From NCBI GenBank assembly GCA_963674745.2, contig CAXXDV010000003.1:96001-160000 (forward strand): a stretch of 64,000 nt of DNA. The letters are read 5' to 3'. How positions within the stretch are numbered: position 1 is the first letter of the stretch; every line of letters starts with the position of its first letter. Shown here piece after piece: positions 45,807 to 55,701 of this stretch. Both the position numbers and the translations under genes were made by a program. The notes below the pieces were generated by a model that searched no databases, had not been told where the DNA came from, and worked only from the letters and a program-made list of their open reading frames with translations. The DNA is from Desulfosudaceae bacterium. Lineage in GTDB: Bacteria; Desulfobacterota; Desulfobacteria; Desulfobacterales; Desulfosudaceae.

Positions 45807-48041
45807 TTAGTAATTACTGAAATCAAAAGTCTTAACTTCGCGTTGTTTCTCTTCTTCTTTTACGGGTTCGGGTACTTCTTCCATAAACATCAAAAAAAGC
45901 GTTGTCCGTTCCATCCAGGTCTCAGGGTCAGGGATGCGCGGCACCTTGTCCGGGGTGTAAAAAACATAGGGCATCCTGGTCTGGATACCGGCGTAAACTC
46001 CCGGATCCCGCAGAAAGTTGATGATCCATTGATATCTCAGCCGCTTTTTGGACAACATCAGGTCTATTGACATGTCTTCCAGCTTTTTGCCTTCAGGTGG
46101 TTCCCCGGTAAAATTGATCGGATGGCATTGCATGCACTTATCATTTCTGAACCGGTATTTACCCATTTCAAGGGTTTTATCATCATAATCTGTTTTGACC
46201 AGTTCCGGTTCATATGGGATGGTGGCCCCAGTCTGTTTGTCTTCTGACATGAGTGCGTGCAGGTACTCGATCAACAAAGTCAATTCGTTATAAGAAAAAT
46301 CAAAGGTCGGCATTCGGATCTGCAGCCAGGGCCTCATGGCGGTCGGTCGTTTCAGGTAGTTAAACAGCCAGTCGGGCTGAACTTTTTCAGGCTCATCGAT
46401 AATCATGGGCGGAACCATGGTTTTCCTGTCAAGGTACCCATCAATCCGGGGTTTAGCCGCATCTTTGAGCATCTGGTGGCACCCCTGGCAATTAAAATGT
46501 CGAAGCATCCAGTCGCCCCGTTCTTTCATGCGGTCCGACCCGGAGGCCCGGGCAATAAAGTTTTCGGGGGCATTCAGCAGCCGGTTATACAGATAGAAAA
46601 TTACCAGCTGGTCAAGTTCGTCCTCGGACATGACATAATTCGGCATATACATGGGCATGTCTTCGGTCTGATAAATCTCCGGTTTGGCGATTTTATTCCG
46701 CAGCCAGTCCCACTTGGTATGGGAAACATCCGAATAGCCGAAGGGCAATTCCTCCATGCGCTTGTCAGCGACATCCATAACGCTTACACCGACTTTGGCC
46801 GGGTCCGCTTTGTCCTTGATTTTGTGGCAGCCCAGGCACCCCAGGCTCTGAATCAGCGCTTTGCCCTCTTCGCTGTTGCCCGGTGGAACGTCTTCTTTTA
46901 TTAACGATTTAGCTTCGCTGTCCTTTAAAGAGGCCACATAGGCCGTCAGATTGTTAACATCATCCGCAGTCAACTCGACATTCGGCATCCAGGTGTCAGG
47001 ATTGACGGCTTTGGGGTTGTCAATCCAGTTATAGAGCCAGTCGGTTTTCATTTTTAAACCGGCATCGGACAGTAAGGGTACCCGGCGGGAATAGCCGGGC
47101 TTGTCGCGCTCCTGGCTGTGGCAGGCGATGCAGCCTTTATCTGTAAACAATTGACGTCCGGTTTTAACAACGCCTTTGGGGTTGTTGTCTTTCTCAAGCA
47201 TTAAAGCCTCATCAGGCAGTGAGTAGATATAGTCGGTAATATCCCGGATCTGTTCGGGACTGATTCTGAATTTCGGCATGAGCGTGGCCGGGCGGACCGC
47301 TTCCGGATTTTCGATCCATGTGGCCACCCAGTTCCGGTCTTGGATTTTTTTCGCCAACCCGGAGAAAGGTGCTGAATATTTTGGCAACTCTTCCATAACA
47401 TTGGCATCATGACATCCGTAGCACCCCATTTCTACAAAATTTGTCCTGCCTTGGGAAGCTTTTTCTGCGCCCTCGAGCCCGAAGACCACCTCATGACATT
47501 CAAGGCAGGTACTTTGCGCGTACTTTAAGGGCAGCCTGGGCAGTTCCCAGTTTTCTTCATGTCCGTGCGCTTTTTCGACGGTCAGGCCGACGCCCTGACC
47601 ATGATGGCACAGGGTACAGCCGAAATTATCAATTTTATGGGTTTTTAATATTTCCGGCGGATGGGCCTTGAGCGGGTTTTCTGAATCAGTGAAAAGGCTG
47701 TTTTTCATCCCGATATGGCAGGTCATGCACAGGTCACGGGTCTGTGATCCGGGCAGGAACACCTGCCGCATCTTGACGGCCTGTGACCGCTCCTGGTCGG
47801 CCTTCAGTTTCGCCCATTTTTTCAGGCTGATTTCATCACCGGCCTGTTCCGCTTCCTGGATTTTTACATTCAGTTTTTCAATATACCGGCTGTTATATTC
47901 AGCCTGATATTTTTTCCATTTGTTCCGGTTATTCTGTTCTCTTACCACGACGCCGATAATCGTCATTAGAATCAGCACAGAAACAACGCCAAACAGCACC
48001 CTTAACTTGAATTTCGCCTGGATAAATTTCGTCTTTTTCAT
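45807..48041 (-). CDS. Membrane-anchored octaheme cytochrome c
   Basis: N-terminal TM helix and eight CxxCH motifs: CMTCH, CTLCH, CLECH, CYGCH, CIACH, CLGCH, CQGCH, CMQCH. Confidence 0.92.
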   Translation of the reverse strand: MKKTKFIQAKFKLRVLFGVVSVLILMTIIGVVVREQNNRNKWKKYQAEYNSRYIEKLNVKIQEAEQAGDEISLKKWAKLKADQERSQAVKMRQVFLPGSQTRDLCMTCHIGMKNSLFTDSENPLKAHPPEILKTHKIDNFGCTLCHHGQGVGLTVEKAHGHEENWELPRLPLKYAQSTCLECHEVVFGLEGAEKASQGRTNFVEMGCYGCHDANVMEELPKYSAPFSGLAKKIQDRNWVATWIENPEAVRPATLMPKFRISPEQIRDITDYIYSLPDEALMLEKDNNPKGVVKTGRQLFTDKGCIACHSQERDKPGYSRRVPLLSDAGLKMKTDWLYNWIDNPKAVNPDTWMPNVELTADDVNNLTAYVASLKDSEAKSLIKEDVPPGNSEEGKALIQSLGCLGCHKIKDKADPAKVGVSVMDVADKRMEELPFGYSDVSHTKWDWLRNKIAKPEIYQTEDMPMYMPNYVMSEDELDQLVIFYLYNRLLNAPENFIARASGSDRMKERGDWMLRHFNCQGCHQMLKDAAKPRIDGYLDRKTMVPPMIIDEPEKVQPDWLFNYLKRPTAMRPWLQIRMPTFDFSYNELTLLIEYLHALMSEDKQTGATIPYEPELVKTDYDDKTLEMGKYRFRNDKCMQCHPINFTGEPPEGKKLEDMSIDLMLSKKRLRYQWIINFLRDPGVYAGIQTRMPYVFYTPDKVPRIPDPETWMERTTLFLMFMEEVPEPVKEEEKQREVKTFDFSNY

Positions 48042-48769
48042 ATCGAGAAATAGGGAGTAACAATAATATATTTAACATGAAAGAAAAGCCGGAGAACGAT
48101 TTTAATAATCGTTCCGAACATCAGCAGGATCATCACCATTGTCGTAAAATACCGGAAAGGCCCCAGGGTTTTGTAAAACTGTTTTTTAAGCAGGGCCGGC
48201 AGGCCGATGCCCAGTGTAAAATAGAGCACGACCAGGGTATAGCCCAGGATGGCGGGCAGGTTGACCAATTGTTCTTCAGCGTCCTTGGCAATGGACCAGT
48301 CCTCCCAGGGCCAGTAAAAGTGCCAGTTGGGGCCTCTGAAAAACTGGCCGAAAACGATCAGCACGAACCACAGGGTGTAACCGACCATAAACATTGAAAC
48401 GGACAGTTTCCGGTCTTTAAGGTTATATTCGCCAACGCCTTTGGGATTGGGGTCAATATAAGGAATGATCATCAACCCGACAATGATCAGTCCGGGTAAC
48501 ATGACACCGGCGATCCAGGGATCGAAATAAACCAGCATTTCCTGCAGGCCGATGAAATACCAGGGCGCCTTGGCGGGATTTTCCGTCCAGTTGGGATCGG
48601 CGATTGCTTTTAAAGGCGCGTCAATTCCCATTGACCAGATGGAAAGAACCATGATCGCTATAAGAATCGCAATGAACTCTCTGGAAACCAGATCCGGGAT
48701 GGTGAAGACATATTCCTCTTTCAATTCACCACCTGATTGTTCCATTTGTTTGTTTTCAGCCGTTTCCAT
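48038..48769 (-). CDS. Cytochrome b C-terminal part (subunit IV/PetD-like)
   Basis: NPAKAPWYF (PEWY equivalent), IPYID, multiple TM helices. Confidence 0.85.
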   Translation of the reverse strand: METAENKQMEQSGGELKEEYVFTIPDLVSREFIAILIAIMVLSIWSMGIDAPLKAIADPNWTENPAKAPWYFIGLQEMLVYFDPWIAGVMLPGLIIVGLMIIPYIDPNPKGVGEYNLKDRKLSVSMFMVGYTLWFVLIVFGQFFRGPNWHFYWPWEDWSIAKDAEEQLVNLPAILGYTLVVLYFTLGIGLPALLKKQFYKTLGPFRYFTTMVMILLMFGTIIKIVLRLFFHVKYIIVTPYFSI

Positions 48770-48778
48770 TTTATTTCC

Positions 48779-49540
48779 TTACAGGGGCCTTGAAATTCCG
48801 CCGTCTTTTCTGATGCGCCAGAAGTGAACGGCCATCAAGAGGACACAGGCGACCGGCAACAGGACACAATGAAGCACGTAGAAACGCAGCAAGGCGTTGC
48901 CGCCCACCTGGTTGTCACCCAGCAGCAGAAACTGCATGTCGTTGTATTGCGTAATGCCGAGCAATTGGTGAAAGGGCCCTTCGTTTCCCAGAAAGGGCGT
49001 GGCCGCTGCCATCTTGGTGCCCACCGTGATGGCCCAGAAGGCAATCTGGTCCCAGGGCAGCAGATAACCGGTAAAGCTGAGCAGCAGCGTTATGACCAGC
49101 AGAAATACCCCGATGACCCAGTTGAACTCTCTGGGTGGTTTATAAGAGCTGGTCAGAAAAACGCGAAGCATGTGCAGCATCACCAGGATAACCATGGCAT
49201 GAGCCGCCCAGCGGTGCATATTTCTTAAAAACATGCCGAACAGCACCGTGTGCTCAATCAGCTTCATGTCCAGATAGGCATATTCCGGAACCGGCCGGTA
49301 ATAAAACATGAGCAGAATACCGGTAATGGTTTCGATGATGAACATCAGCATGGTCAGGCCGCCCAGGCAGAACGTGAACCGGAATTTCAGCGCCGAGGCT
49401 TTTATCTGCACCGGATGAAGATGCATAAAAACATTGGCGGTAACGGCCAGGGCCTTGTTCCTGGGTGTATCTGTAAACTTGTGCCTGAAAATCGAGCGCC
49501 AGGCCGCGCTTTCCGTAATTTTATTCAGCTTCATGTCCAA
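48779..49540 (-). CDS. Cytochrome b6-like subunit
   Basis: [14 protein letters not shown]...[29 protein letters not shown]...VHF, GISRPL. Confidence 0.93.
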   Translation of the reverse strand: MDMKLNKITESAAWRSIFRHKFTDTPRNKALAVTANVFMHLHPVQIKASALKFRFTFCLGGLTMLMFIIETITGILLMFYYRPVPEYAYLDMKLIEHTVLFGMFLRNMHRWAAHAMVILVMLHMLRVFLTSSYKPPREFNWVIGVFLLVITLLLSFTGYLLPWDQIAFWAITVGTKMAAATPFLGNEGPFHQLLGITQYNDMQFLLLGDNQVGGNALLRFYVLHCVLLPVACVLLMAVHFWRIRKDGGISRPL

Positions 49541-50296
49541 TTAATCCGCCAGGGTGTTTTTCAGATAAGTAAAGTCGGCGGTGATAAAGCGGTCAAGGAT
49601 ATTGATCAGATCAACATAAAACACCACAGCCGCGTCAGGTTCGGCTATTTCACTTACGACACCCTGCATCCGTTCTGCCAGGCTTGATGCCCATTTGACC
49701 GTATGGTGTTCCATAAAATCTTTCTGGGCCAGAAAATAACCATTTGTTTCCTTCTCGTCCTGCATGGCCCTTAAGGTTAAAAAAGCCAGGTAATGCATGA
49801 ATTCCAGTTCGTAGGTAATATGGTCGGGCCGGTCTTCCTGGGGGCCTTCTTTATAACTCAGCCCGAAATTGTTATAAAAGCGGATCAAATCTTCGAAAAT
49901 GGCCCGGCGATTGGCGTCTTTATTGTATTTTCCTTCAATCAGGGGGCAGGGCGGATCTCCCGGCCCGGCTTCGAACAAACGGATAAATTCAGCTTCAACA
50001 TCATCATCACTCAGGTTTTCGGGGAAGACCAGCGCCTTTTTTTCCTTGTCGGTGAGTTCATACGCAAAGGGCAGTGCTGAAATGATGTCGGTCAGACCGT
50101 CAACCAGTTCGCCATTCCGGACAAAATTCCGGAAAGCCTCGTCCGGGTAACGGAAAACATCGGCCATTAAGGCATACATGTTACTTCTTGCCGCAGTTTC
50201 TTTTTCATTGTCGGTTTTCAATGTGTCGGTTTGAAAAACCTCGCTGAAGACATCACCGTTCTGCTCGACTGTTTTTTTCTCCGCAACTTGATTCAT
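49541..50296 (-). CDS. Molybdoenzyme chaperone (EbdD/TorD family), AhyD-like
   Basis: RFYNNFGL, PDHITYELEFMHYL, DFMEHH. Confidence 0.88.
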   Translation of the reverse strand: MNQVAEKKTVEQNGDVFSEVFQTDTLKTDNEKETAARSNMYALMADVFRYPDEAFRNFVRNGELVDGLTDIISALPFAYELTDKEKKALVFPENLSDDDVEAEFIRLFEAGPGDPPCPLIEGKYNKDANRRAIFEDLIRFYNNFGLSYKEGPQEDRPDHITYELEFMHYLAFLTLRAMQDEKETNGYFLAQKDFMEHHTVKWASSLAERMQGVVSEIAEPDAAVVFYVDLINILDRFITADFTYLKNTLAD

Positions 50297-50351
50297 TGGC
50301 TTATCCTGTAAGGGATTATCGTATTTTACCGATTTGTTTATCGGAGGGATT

Positions 50352-50384
50352 TATCCGCCGACCGGAAAGACCGGCCGGCGGATA
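50352..50384 (-). other. Intercistronic stem-loop after the beta-subunit gene
   Basis: Minus-strand RNA UAUCCGCCGGCCGG-UCUUU-CCGGUCGGCGGAUA. One pair works as G-U only on the minus strand. Confidence 0.65.
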
Positions 50385-50395
50385 GAGAAAGCTTA

Positions 50396-51559
50396 TTATT
50401 TTGTTCCCGGCCGGTCATAGGTCACGCCTTTGGGCTGTACCCGGTTCATGATGGCGGGATCTTTATTGAACTGGTCGAACATCTTGGTCCATTCCTTGGC
50501 AATCAGGATTTCCATGAGTTCGGAACGGCCGCCGTTTCTGACCTTTTCCAGTTCCTTATTCATGATATCCAGGGCGTTGTCCACTTCCGGGCCGAACAGG
50601 TAACGCAGGTATTCCCGGGGGATTCTCGGTTTGGACGTGTCCACCTTTCCGTTTGTGTCCAGTCTGGGCGGGGCAAACGGTGGAACGTAAAAGACGTTGG
50701 GGTTGGTGCCGAACTCGGCATGAAGCGGCAGAGCGACTTTCCACACCTTGACCAGTTTGTAAATGAGGCTTTCGGGTTTGTCCACGAAACCGACCCAGCG
50801 GACCCTGCCCGTACACTGCCGGGCACAGGCATTGGCTACGTTTTGTTCCAGCCGGGGATAGCAGAAAATGCATTTCATGCTTTTTTCGGTGATGAAGTTA
50901 AAATAGATCACCTTATAGGGACATGCTTCCAGGCAGAACCGATAGCCCTTGCAACGATCCTGGTCAATGACGACCGCACCGTCTGATTCCCGCTTATAAA
51001 TGGCGTTTCTCGGGCAGGCATCCAGACAGGCCGGGTAGGCGCAATGGTTACAAATTCTGGGCAGGTAAAAATAGAACGAGTTGGGATAGGTGCCGGCACC
51101 CTGGTCTTCATCCCAGTTCATGCCCCATTCCGGGATGCTGCCGTCTTCCTTGTTTCTGGCCTGGAGGTGCACTTCCCCGGCTTTGTTGTTGACAACCTCG
51201 TTCCAGTTGTAATCCCAGTCATCTCCAAACTCTTTTTTGGTGGGATGCTTGCCGCGGACCGGTTCCATGACCTCGCCGCCGAATTTTACCTTGTAGCCGC
51301 CGCCCATCTTCTGCCAGTCTTTGGGGGATCCCAAACCGGGCATGGTGTTGACTTTGTTCCACCACATGTATTCACGACCTTCAAAACTGGTCCACAGGGT
51401 TTTGCAGGCCATGGAACAGAGCTGGCAGCCGATGCATTTGTTCAGGTCCATGACCATGCCGACCTGGTGATCACATTTTCGAAGATTCTCCTTGGTCGCC
51501 TCAAAGGCCTGGGCCAGTTCTTTTTCCCTGTCTGTAAGTTTTTTTTCTTCAACAGCCAT
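50396..51559 (-). CDS. Type II DMSO-reductase-family Fe-S beta subunit (EbdB/AhyB-like)
   Basis: DLNKCIGCQLCSMACK, PRICNHCAYPACLDACP, CKGYRFCLEACPY, KCIFCYPR. Confidence 0.93.
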   Translation of the reverse strand: MAVEEKKLTDREKELAQAFEATKENLRKCDHQVGMVMDLNKCIGCQLCSMACKTLWTSFEGREYMWWNKVNTMPGLGSPKDWQKMGGGYKVKFGGEVMEPVRGKHPTKKEFGDDWDYNWNEVVNNKAGEVHLQARNKEDGSIPEWGMNWDEDQGAGTYPNSFYFYLPRICNHCAYPACLDACPRNAIYKRESDGAVVIDQDRCKGYRFCLEACPYKVIYFNFITEKSMKCIFCYPRLEQNVANACARQCTGRVRWVGFVDKPESLIYKLVKVWKVALPLHAEFGTNPNVFYVPPFAPPRLDTNGKVDTSKPRIPREYLRYLFGPEVDNALDIMNKELEKVRNGGRSELMEILIAKEWTKMFDQFNKDPAIMNRVQPKGVTYDRPGTK

Positions 51560-51618
51560 GGGTATATCTCCTTATATTAAATTTTGTTGTTCGCAAAAAG
51601 GGTATCTGCCGGCCGTTG

Positions 51619-52284
51619 TCAAGCTTCGATTTCCAGGAGCCGCCATTCTTTACTGAAAGCCTTGACACCGCCCCGTTCTCCATTGGCCCCTTCCCAGACG
51701 GCGAAACCGAAACCGATTTTTCCGCCCGGCGCCAGGTCAACGGTCTCTTCGCCGGCACGGTTGGCTTTTAAGGGGCGACCCATGACCACATACCATTTTC
51801 CGTTTTCCCATTTAGAGTTCGAGGTAATGGATGATTTTTCCGTATACAGCGAGGTGGAAAGACCATGGGCCACCTGGTTTTTGGGCTTTTCATCAAAGTC
51901 GGGTCGCCAGTACCAGGCGTTGGTCGGATAATCCTTGGTGCCCATTTCGGTGATAGGTGTTTTTTCGATGTCTTTCATCGGCATCAGCAGGGCGATGCCG
52001 TCGGCGAAGATATTGATGTCTTCAATTTTCAGATTGGGTTTGGCGCTTTCCCATTCCAGATAAAAGAAAATCGAGTCGGCGTTGTGAACGGATTTTAACC
52101 AGACCTTTTTCACCGCCCCGATTTTTTCTTCATCATAAACGCCCTTGATGTACGGAGATGGCTGGTTGGCCAGCGGAGTGGCCGCGGTCTCGATCACCTC
52201 CGTGCCTGATTTCCAGATTGTGTTTGCGCAGTTCAGCAGGTCCTTGGTGGATGCTGAAACTTTTTTACAGATGATATTTGCCAT
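51619..52284 (-). CDS. Heme b gamma subunit (EbdC/AhyC-like)
   Basis: LEW, FADGIA, EMG, NAWYW, FAVWEGANGERGGVK (Met/Lys heme ligation pattern). Confidence 0.88.
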   Translation of the reverse strand: MANIICKKVSASTKDLLNCANTIWKSGTEVIETAATPLANQPSPYIKGVYDEEKIGAVKKVWLKSVHNADSIFFYLEWESAKPNLKIEDINIFADGIALLMPMKDIEKTPITEMGTKDYPTNAWYWRPDFDEKPKNQVAHGLSTSLYTEKSSITSNSKWENGKWYVVMGRPLKANRAGEETVDLAPGGKIGFGFAVWEGANGERGGVKAFSKEWRLLEIEA

Positions 52285-52337
52285 TTGACACCTCTATATT
52301 ATTTTAAAATATTGTTAGTCCGCATCTTCTGCTCCGG

Positions 52338-55313
52338 TCAAATTTTGGCTACTTCCACGGCGATACCGCGGTCAACGGGCTGCGCGCACCAGTTCCAGCG
52401 CCAGTAGCGGAGATGGCCGTAGTCATTGATCAGGTCAAGCCATTTGATCATACCCGGAATGGCTGTATCGTAGCTCTTCCAGCCGGGAAACATGAACGGT
52501 TCCCAGGCATGGTAAATAATGACCTGTCCCGGCAGGGCCGCGCCTTTGTTCGGTCTGGCCGCGGGCGTTACCTTGACATGGATTTTGAAATCATCAAAAT
52601 CGTTGAAGACATGAACCAGTTCACCATCCTTGATGCCCCGGCTTTCGGCATCCTCTTTGCTCATGAACATGAACGGCCGGCCCTGGTGGGTTCGCAGGAG
52701 CTGTTCATTACTGATCCAGATGGAATGAATACTCCAGCGCTGATGTCCGCTTGTCAGCCGCAGAGGGAAGTTGCCGCCGATTTGGGGGTTGTCCTTGTGG
52801 ACCGGCAGCTGTTCTTCGGCTTCCAGGAACCAGGGATGATCGATGTAGAACTGAATTCGCCGGTTGTATGTGGGGTAGGGTACCTTCTTTTCACCGGTAT
52901 GCCATGTCAGCGGAATGATCGGTTCATCGGGCTTGATATCCGTGGCCAGGTTCATGGTGACCGGGTCAAAAATGGACACATCGACAAAGCGGACGATACC
53001 TTCTTTGCGCATGAATTTCAGGTCGGTCCCCGGCGGCAGGTTACCCAGCAGAACACTGGACTGCAGGGCGTCGTCCATGACTTCCTCAAAATTATCGGCC
53101 CCCATCCGCTGCCAGTCGCCGAAATTTTCAAGGGTTACGTTGGCATCCTTGTCCCGGACGGAAAAATGTTTTAAGAATTGCATGTACTCTTTCTGCGGAG
53201 GCGTTTTGGGCGGGAAGGTGAGTTTTCCCTTCTTTTTGGCCGCCTCTTCTACTTTCTGGCCCAGCATGCGGCAGATTTCCCATTCCGTCTTGGATTCTCC
53301 GATCGGCTTGACCGCTTCATCGGTCAGCGTCAGCCAGGGAACATGAGGTGTCGGGAAACGGGTGTCAGTTTTTTCGTAAAAACCGGCACAGGGCAGGGCA
53401 TAGTCGCCGTAAAGCAGGGTGGTTGTCCAGCGGGTTTCAAACCCGAAGATGAGTTTATATTTTTTCCACAGAGAGTGGAGAATGTTCTTATTCCAGCCTC
53501 TGTTTTTACGGGCCGGGTTGGTGCCCATCCAGGCGTAAACAGTCGGTGTCTGGTCCGGGGCGGGCTTGACATAACCGTCCCACCAGCCTTTACCGATCGC
53601 TTCGTCATAGTACTCTTTAAACTCCCTTTTCATGGTCGGGCAGTGCCAGGATTTGTTGTCCCAGGCTTTCTTGTAGTCGGAGTGGTTATAGTAGAGATGG
53701 GCGGGAATGGTATAGTTGACCAGGTTGCGGTCAAGCACCCGTTCCTGCTCGATGGAACACATTTCCAGTGAACGCGTGGGATCCTCCTGTTTTTTCCGGT
53801 TGAAGATACCCTGCATAATAGGCAGTTGCGTTCTCAAGTTCTCAAGGCCGATGGTTTGTTTGAAAATCTGGGTAAAGGCCCCTTCAAACAGGGATTCGTT
53901 CCAGCCCCGGATACCGCAGCCTTTCTTACCGTAACTGCCGGTCAGGGCCAGTATCAGGCACATAACCCGTTCAATCAGGTCGCCATGATAATACTTGGGT
54001 GAGTTCCAGCCCACCATGACCTGAATACCGCCGCTGGCCTTGTAACATTTTTCGGCCAGCCGTCGAATGGTGTCGGGATTGGTGCCGCAGCTTTGGGATG
54101 CTTGTTCCGGTTTGTAATCTTTGTTGAGCAGATCTTTCAGGTTCTGGAATACCGGCCGGACGGAAACGGTTTTGCCGTCCAGTAATTTCACTGTATAGGT
54201 TCCTTCCAGGGCCGGGTCACACGGCAGCTTCAGTGTCTCAAGCGGGGCCTTGACGGCTTCATTTTTCTTGCTGTCCCAGAAACAGAACTGATCCGCCCGG
54301 CCGCGTTTGTCAATGTCGGCGGCACTTAAGAACCGGTTGTTGTCGGTTCTGACCAGCAGCGGCAGGTCGGTCTGTTCCTTGACAAAGGGAACATCCACCC
54401 AGCCCTTTTCAATGAGGATCTGACAGACGCCCAAGCCCAGGGCCGCATCCGATCCCATTTCCACCGGGATATATTCATCGGCATGCATGGTGCTGGGGTT
54501 ATAGTCCGGTGCGATGGAAACGATATCCGCGCCGTTGTATCTGGCTTCTGAAATAAAATGGTAGGAAGGAATCCGGGTATAAACCGGGTTCATGTGCCAG
54601 ATCAGGAGCAGTTTGCCGAAATACCAGGCGTCAACTGAATCCATGAACTGGAATTTGCCGAAGGTTTCGTAAATGCCGCGGTTGAAGTCGCCGATGGTGG
54701 AGTCCAGGTCCAGAATGGTGGCGCCCAGGCCGACAAACAACCGGTGCACGGCCATGACATGAATATAACCGCCGTTGCCGGGGCCGCTTTCAAAAATAAT
54801 GGATTCCGGTCCCTGATCGGCCAGACCATCGACAATGCCTTCGGCGATTTCGGTCAAACACTGATCCCAGGATATCCGTTTCCATTTGCCGCTGCCCCTG
54901 CCGCCGGTCTGCTTCATGGGGTATTTGAGCCGGTCGGGGTTATACATCTGAATGCTGTAGGAGGCGCCTTTCTGGCATCCCCGGGGATTGAAATCCGGGC
55001 CGGAAGCATCGATAACCGGATATTTCGCGGCCTGTTCTTCTCTGAAAACCACCCCGTCCTTGGCATAGACGCGCCACAGGCAGTTGCCCGGGTAGCAGTC
55101 CACCAGATGGGTGCCGTAGGTGACTTGATCCCAGGTCCATTCTTTCCGGTGAAGATCTTCCCACCCGGCGTATTTCCAGTCCTCGATGACTTTTTCCGTG
55201 GCATTGGCAATGCCGTTTCCTCCCAGAAAGCCTAGAGAATTCAAGGACAGCAACGCCACCGTCGCGCTTGTTCCCTTTAAGAAAGTCCTTCGGGAGATTC
55301 TCATTTCCTTCAT
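52338..55313 (-). CDS. ahyA: Ethylbenzene-dehydrogenase-type Mo-bisPGD alpha subunit, resembling putative alkane C2-methylene hydroxylase
   Basis: Tat signal SRRTFLK, FS0 motif GTHLVDCYPGNC...NPRGCQKG, Asp ligand region STIGDF, GHQRWSIHS. N-terminus resembles Desulfococcus oleovorans AhyA from memory, not from a search. Confidence 0.8.
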   Translation of the reverse strand: MKEMRISRRTFLKGTSATVALLSLNSLGFLGGNGIANATEKVIEDWKYAGWEDLHRKEWTWDQVTYGTHLVDCYPGNCLWRVYAKDGVVFREEQAAKYPVIDASGPDFNPRGCQKGASYSIQMYNPDRLKYPMKQTGGRGSGKWKRISWDQCLTEIAEGIVDGLADQGPESIIFESGPGNGGYIHVMAVHRLFVGLGATILDLDSTIGDFNRGIYETFGKFQFMDSVDAWYFGKLLLIWHMNPVYTRIPSYHFISEARYNGADIVSIAPDYNPSTMHADEYIPVEMGSDAALGLGVCQILIEKGWVDVPFVKEQTDLPLLVRTDNNRFLSAADIDKRGRADQFCFWDSKKNEAVKAPLETLKLPCDPALEGTYTVKLLDGKTVSVRPVFQNLKDLLNKDYKPEQASQSCGTNPDTIRRLAEKCYKASGGIQVMVGWNSPKYYHGDLIERVMCLILALTGSYGKKGCGIRGWNESLFEGAFTQIFKQTIGLENLRTQLPIMQGIFNRKKQEDPTRSLEMCSIEQERVLDRNLVNYTIPAHLYYNHSDYKKAWDNKSWHCPTMKREFKEYYDEAIGKGWWDGYVKPAPDQTPTVYAWMGTNPARKNRGWNKNILHSLWKKYKLIFGFETRWTTTLLYGDYALPCAGFYEKTDTRFPTPHVPWLTLTDEAVKPIGESKTEWEICRMLGQKVEEAAKKKGKLTFPPKTPPQKEYMQFLKHFSVRDKDANVTLENFGDWQRMGADNFEEVMDDALQSSVLLGNLPPGTDLKFMRKEGIVRFVDVSIFDPVTMNLATDIKPDEPIIPLTWHTGEKKVPYPTYNRRIQFYIDHPWFLEAEEQLPVHKDNPQIGGNFPLRLTSGHQRWSIHSIWISNEQLLRTHQGRPFMFMSKEDAESRGIKDGELVHVFNDFDDFKIHVKVTPAARPNKGAALPGQVIIYHAWEPFMFPGWKSYDTAIPGMIKWLDLINDYGHLRYWRWNWCAQPVDRGIAVEVAKI

Positions 55314-55410
55314 AGTGCCCCCTTTAATTGCATTTTAGGTCCTTGGTCTGATTCGTTCCCTTTTTGACAAACTGCAACAGTAATAAATTTTTTGCGCCTT
55401 TTTTAATAAT

Positions 55411-55701
55411 TTATGTTACCGGCAGCAGCTGAATCGCGTTCCAGGGGCAGCCGGTCAGCATGGTTCCTTTTGAACCGCTGCTGACGCAGGCGCCGCAACC
55501 GACACAGTTGCCGCTGTCGACCGACATTTTTTTAAACGGATAATTTTCCTCATCATTCACCAGGTGAAGGGCATCAAATTTACAGAAGACCTGGCAGACG
55601 GGAACGCCTCCGCAGCCCGTACACCAGTCCAGAATCCGGGCGATTCTTTTGACCCGTGTACGTTTGGCCGGTTTTTCTTTTGTTGTAGCCGTATTCAACA
55701 T
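55411..55701 (-). CDS. 2x[4Fe-4S] ferredoxin
   Basis: CTGCGGVPVCQVFC and CVGCGAC...GCP. No export signal seen. Confidence 0.85.
   Translation of the reverse strand: MLNTATTKEKPAKRTRVKRIARILDWCTGCGGVPVCQVFCKFDALHLVNDEENYPFKKMSVDSGNCVGCGACVSSGSKGTMLTGCPWNAIQLLPVT

Noticed and set aside
50396..55313. Respiratory nitrate, perchlorate or selenate reductase
   Set aside because: No NarI-type subunit, an alpha subunit shorter than NarG, an EbdC-like gamma subunit and an H-x3-C-x4-C FS0 motif. A phylogeny is still needed.
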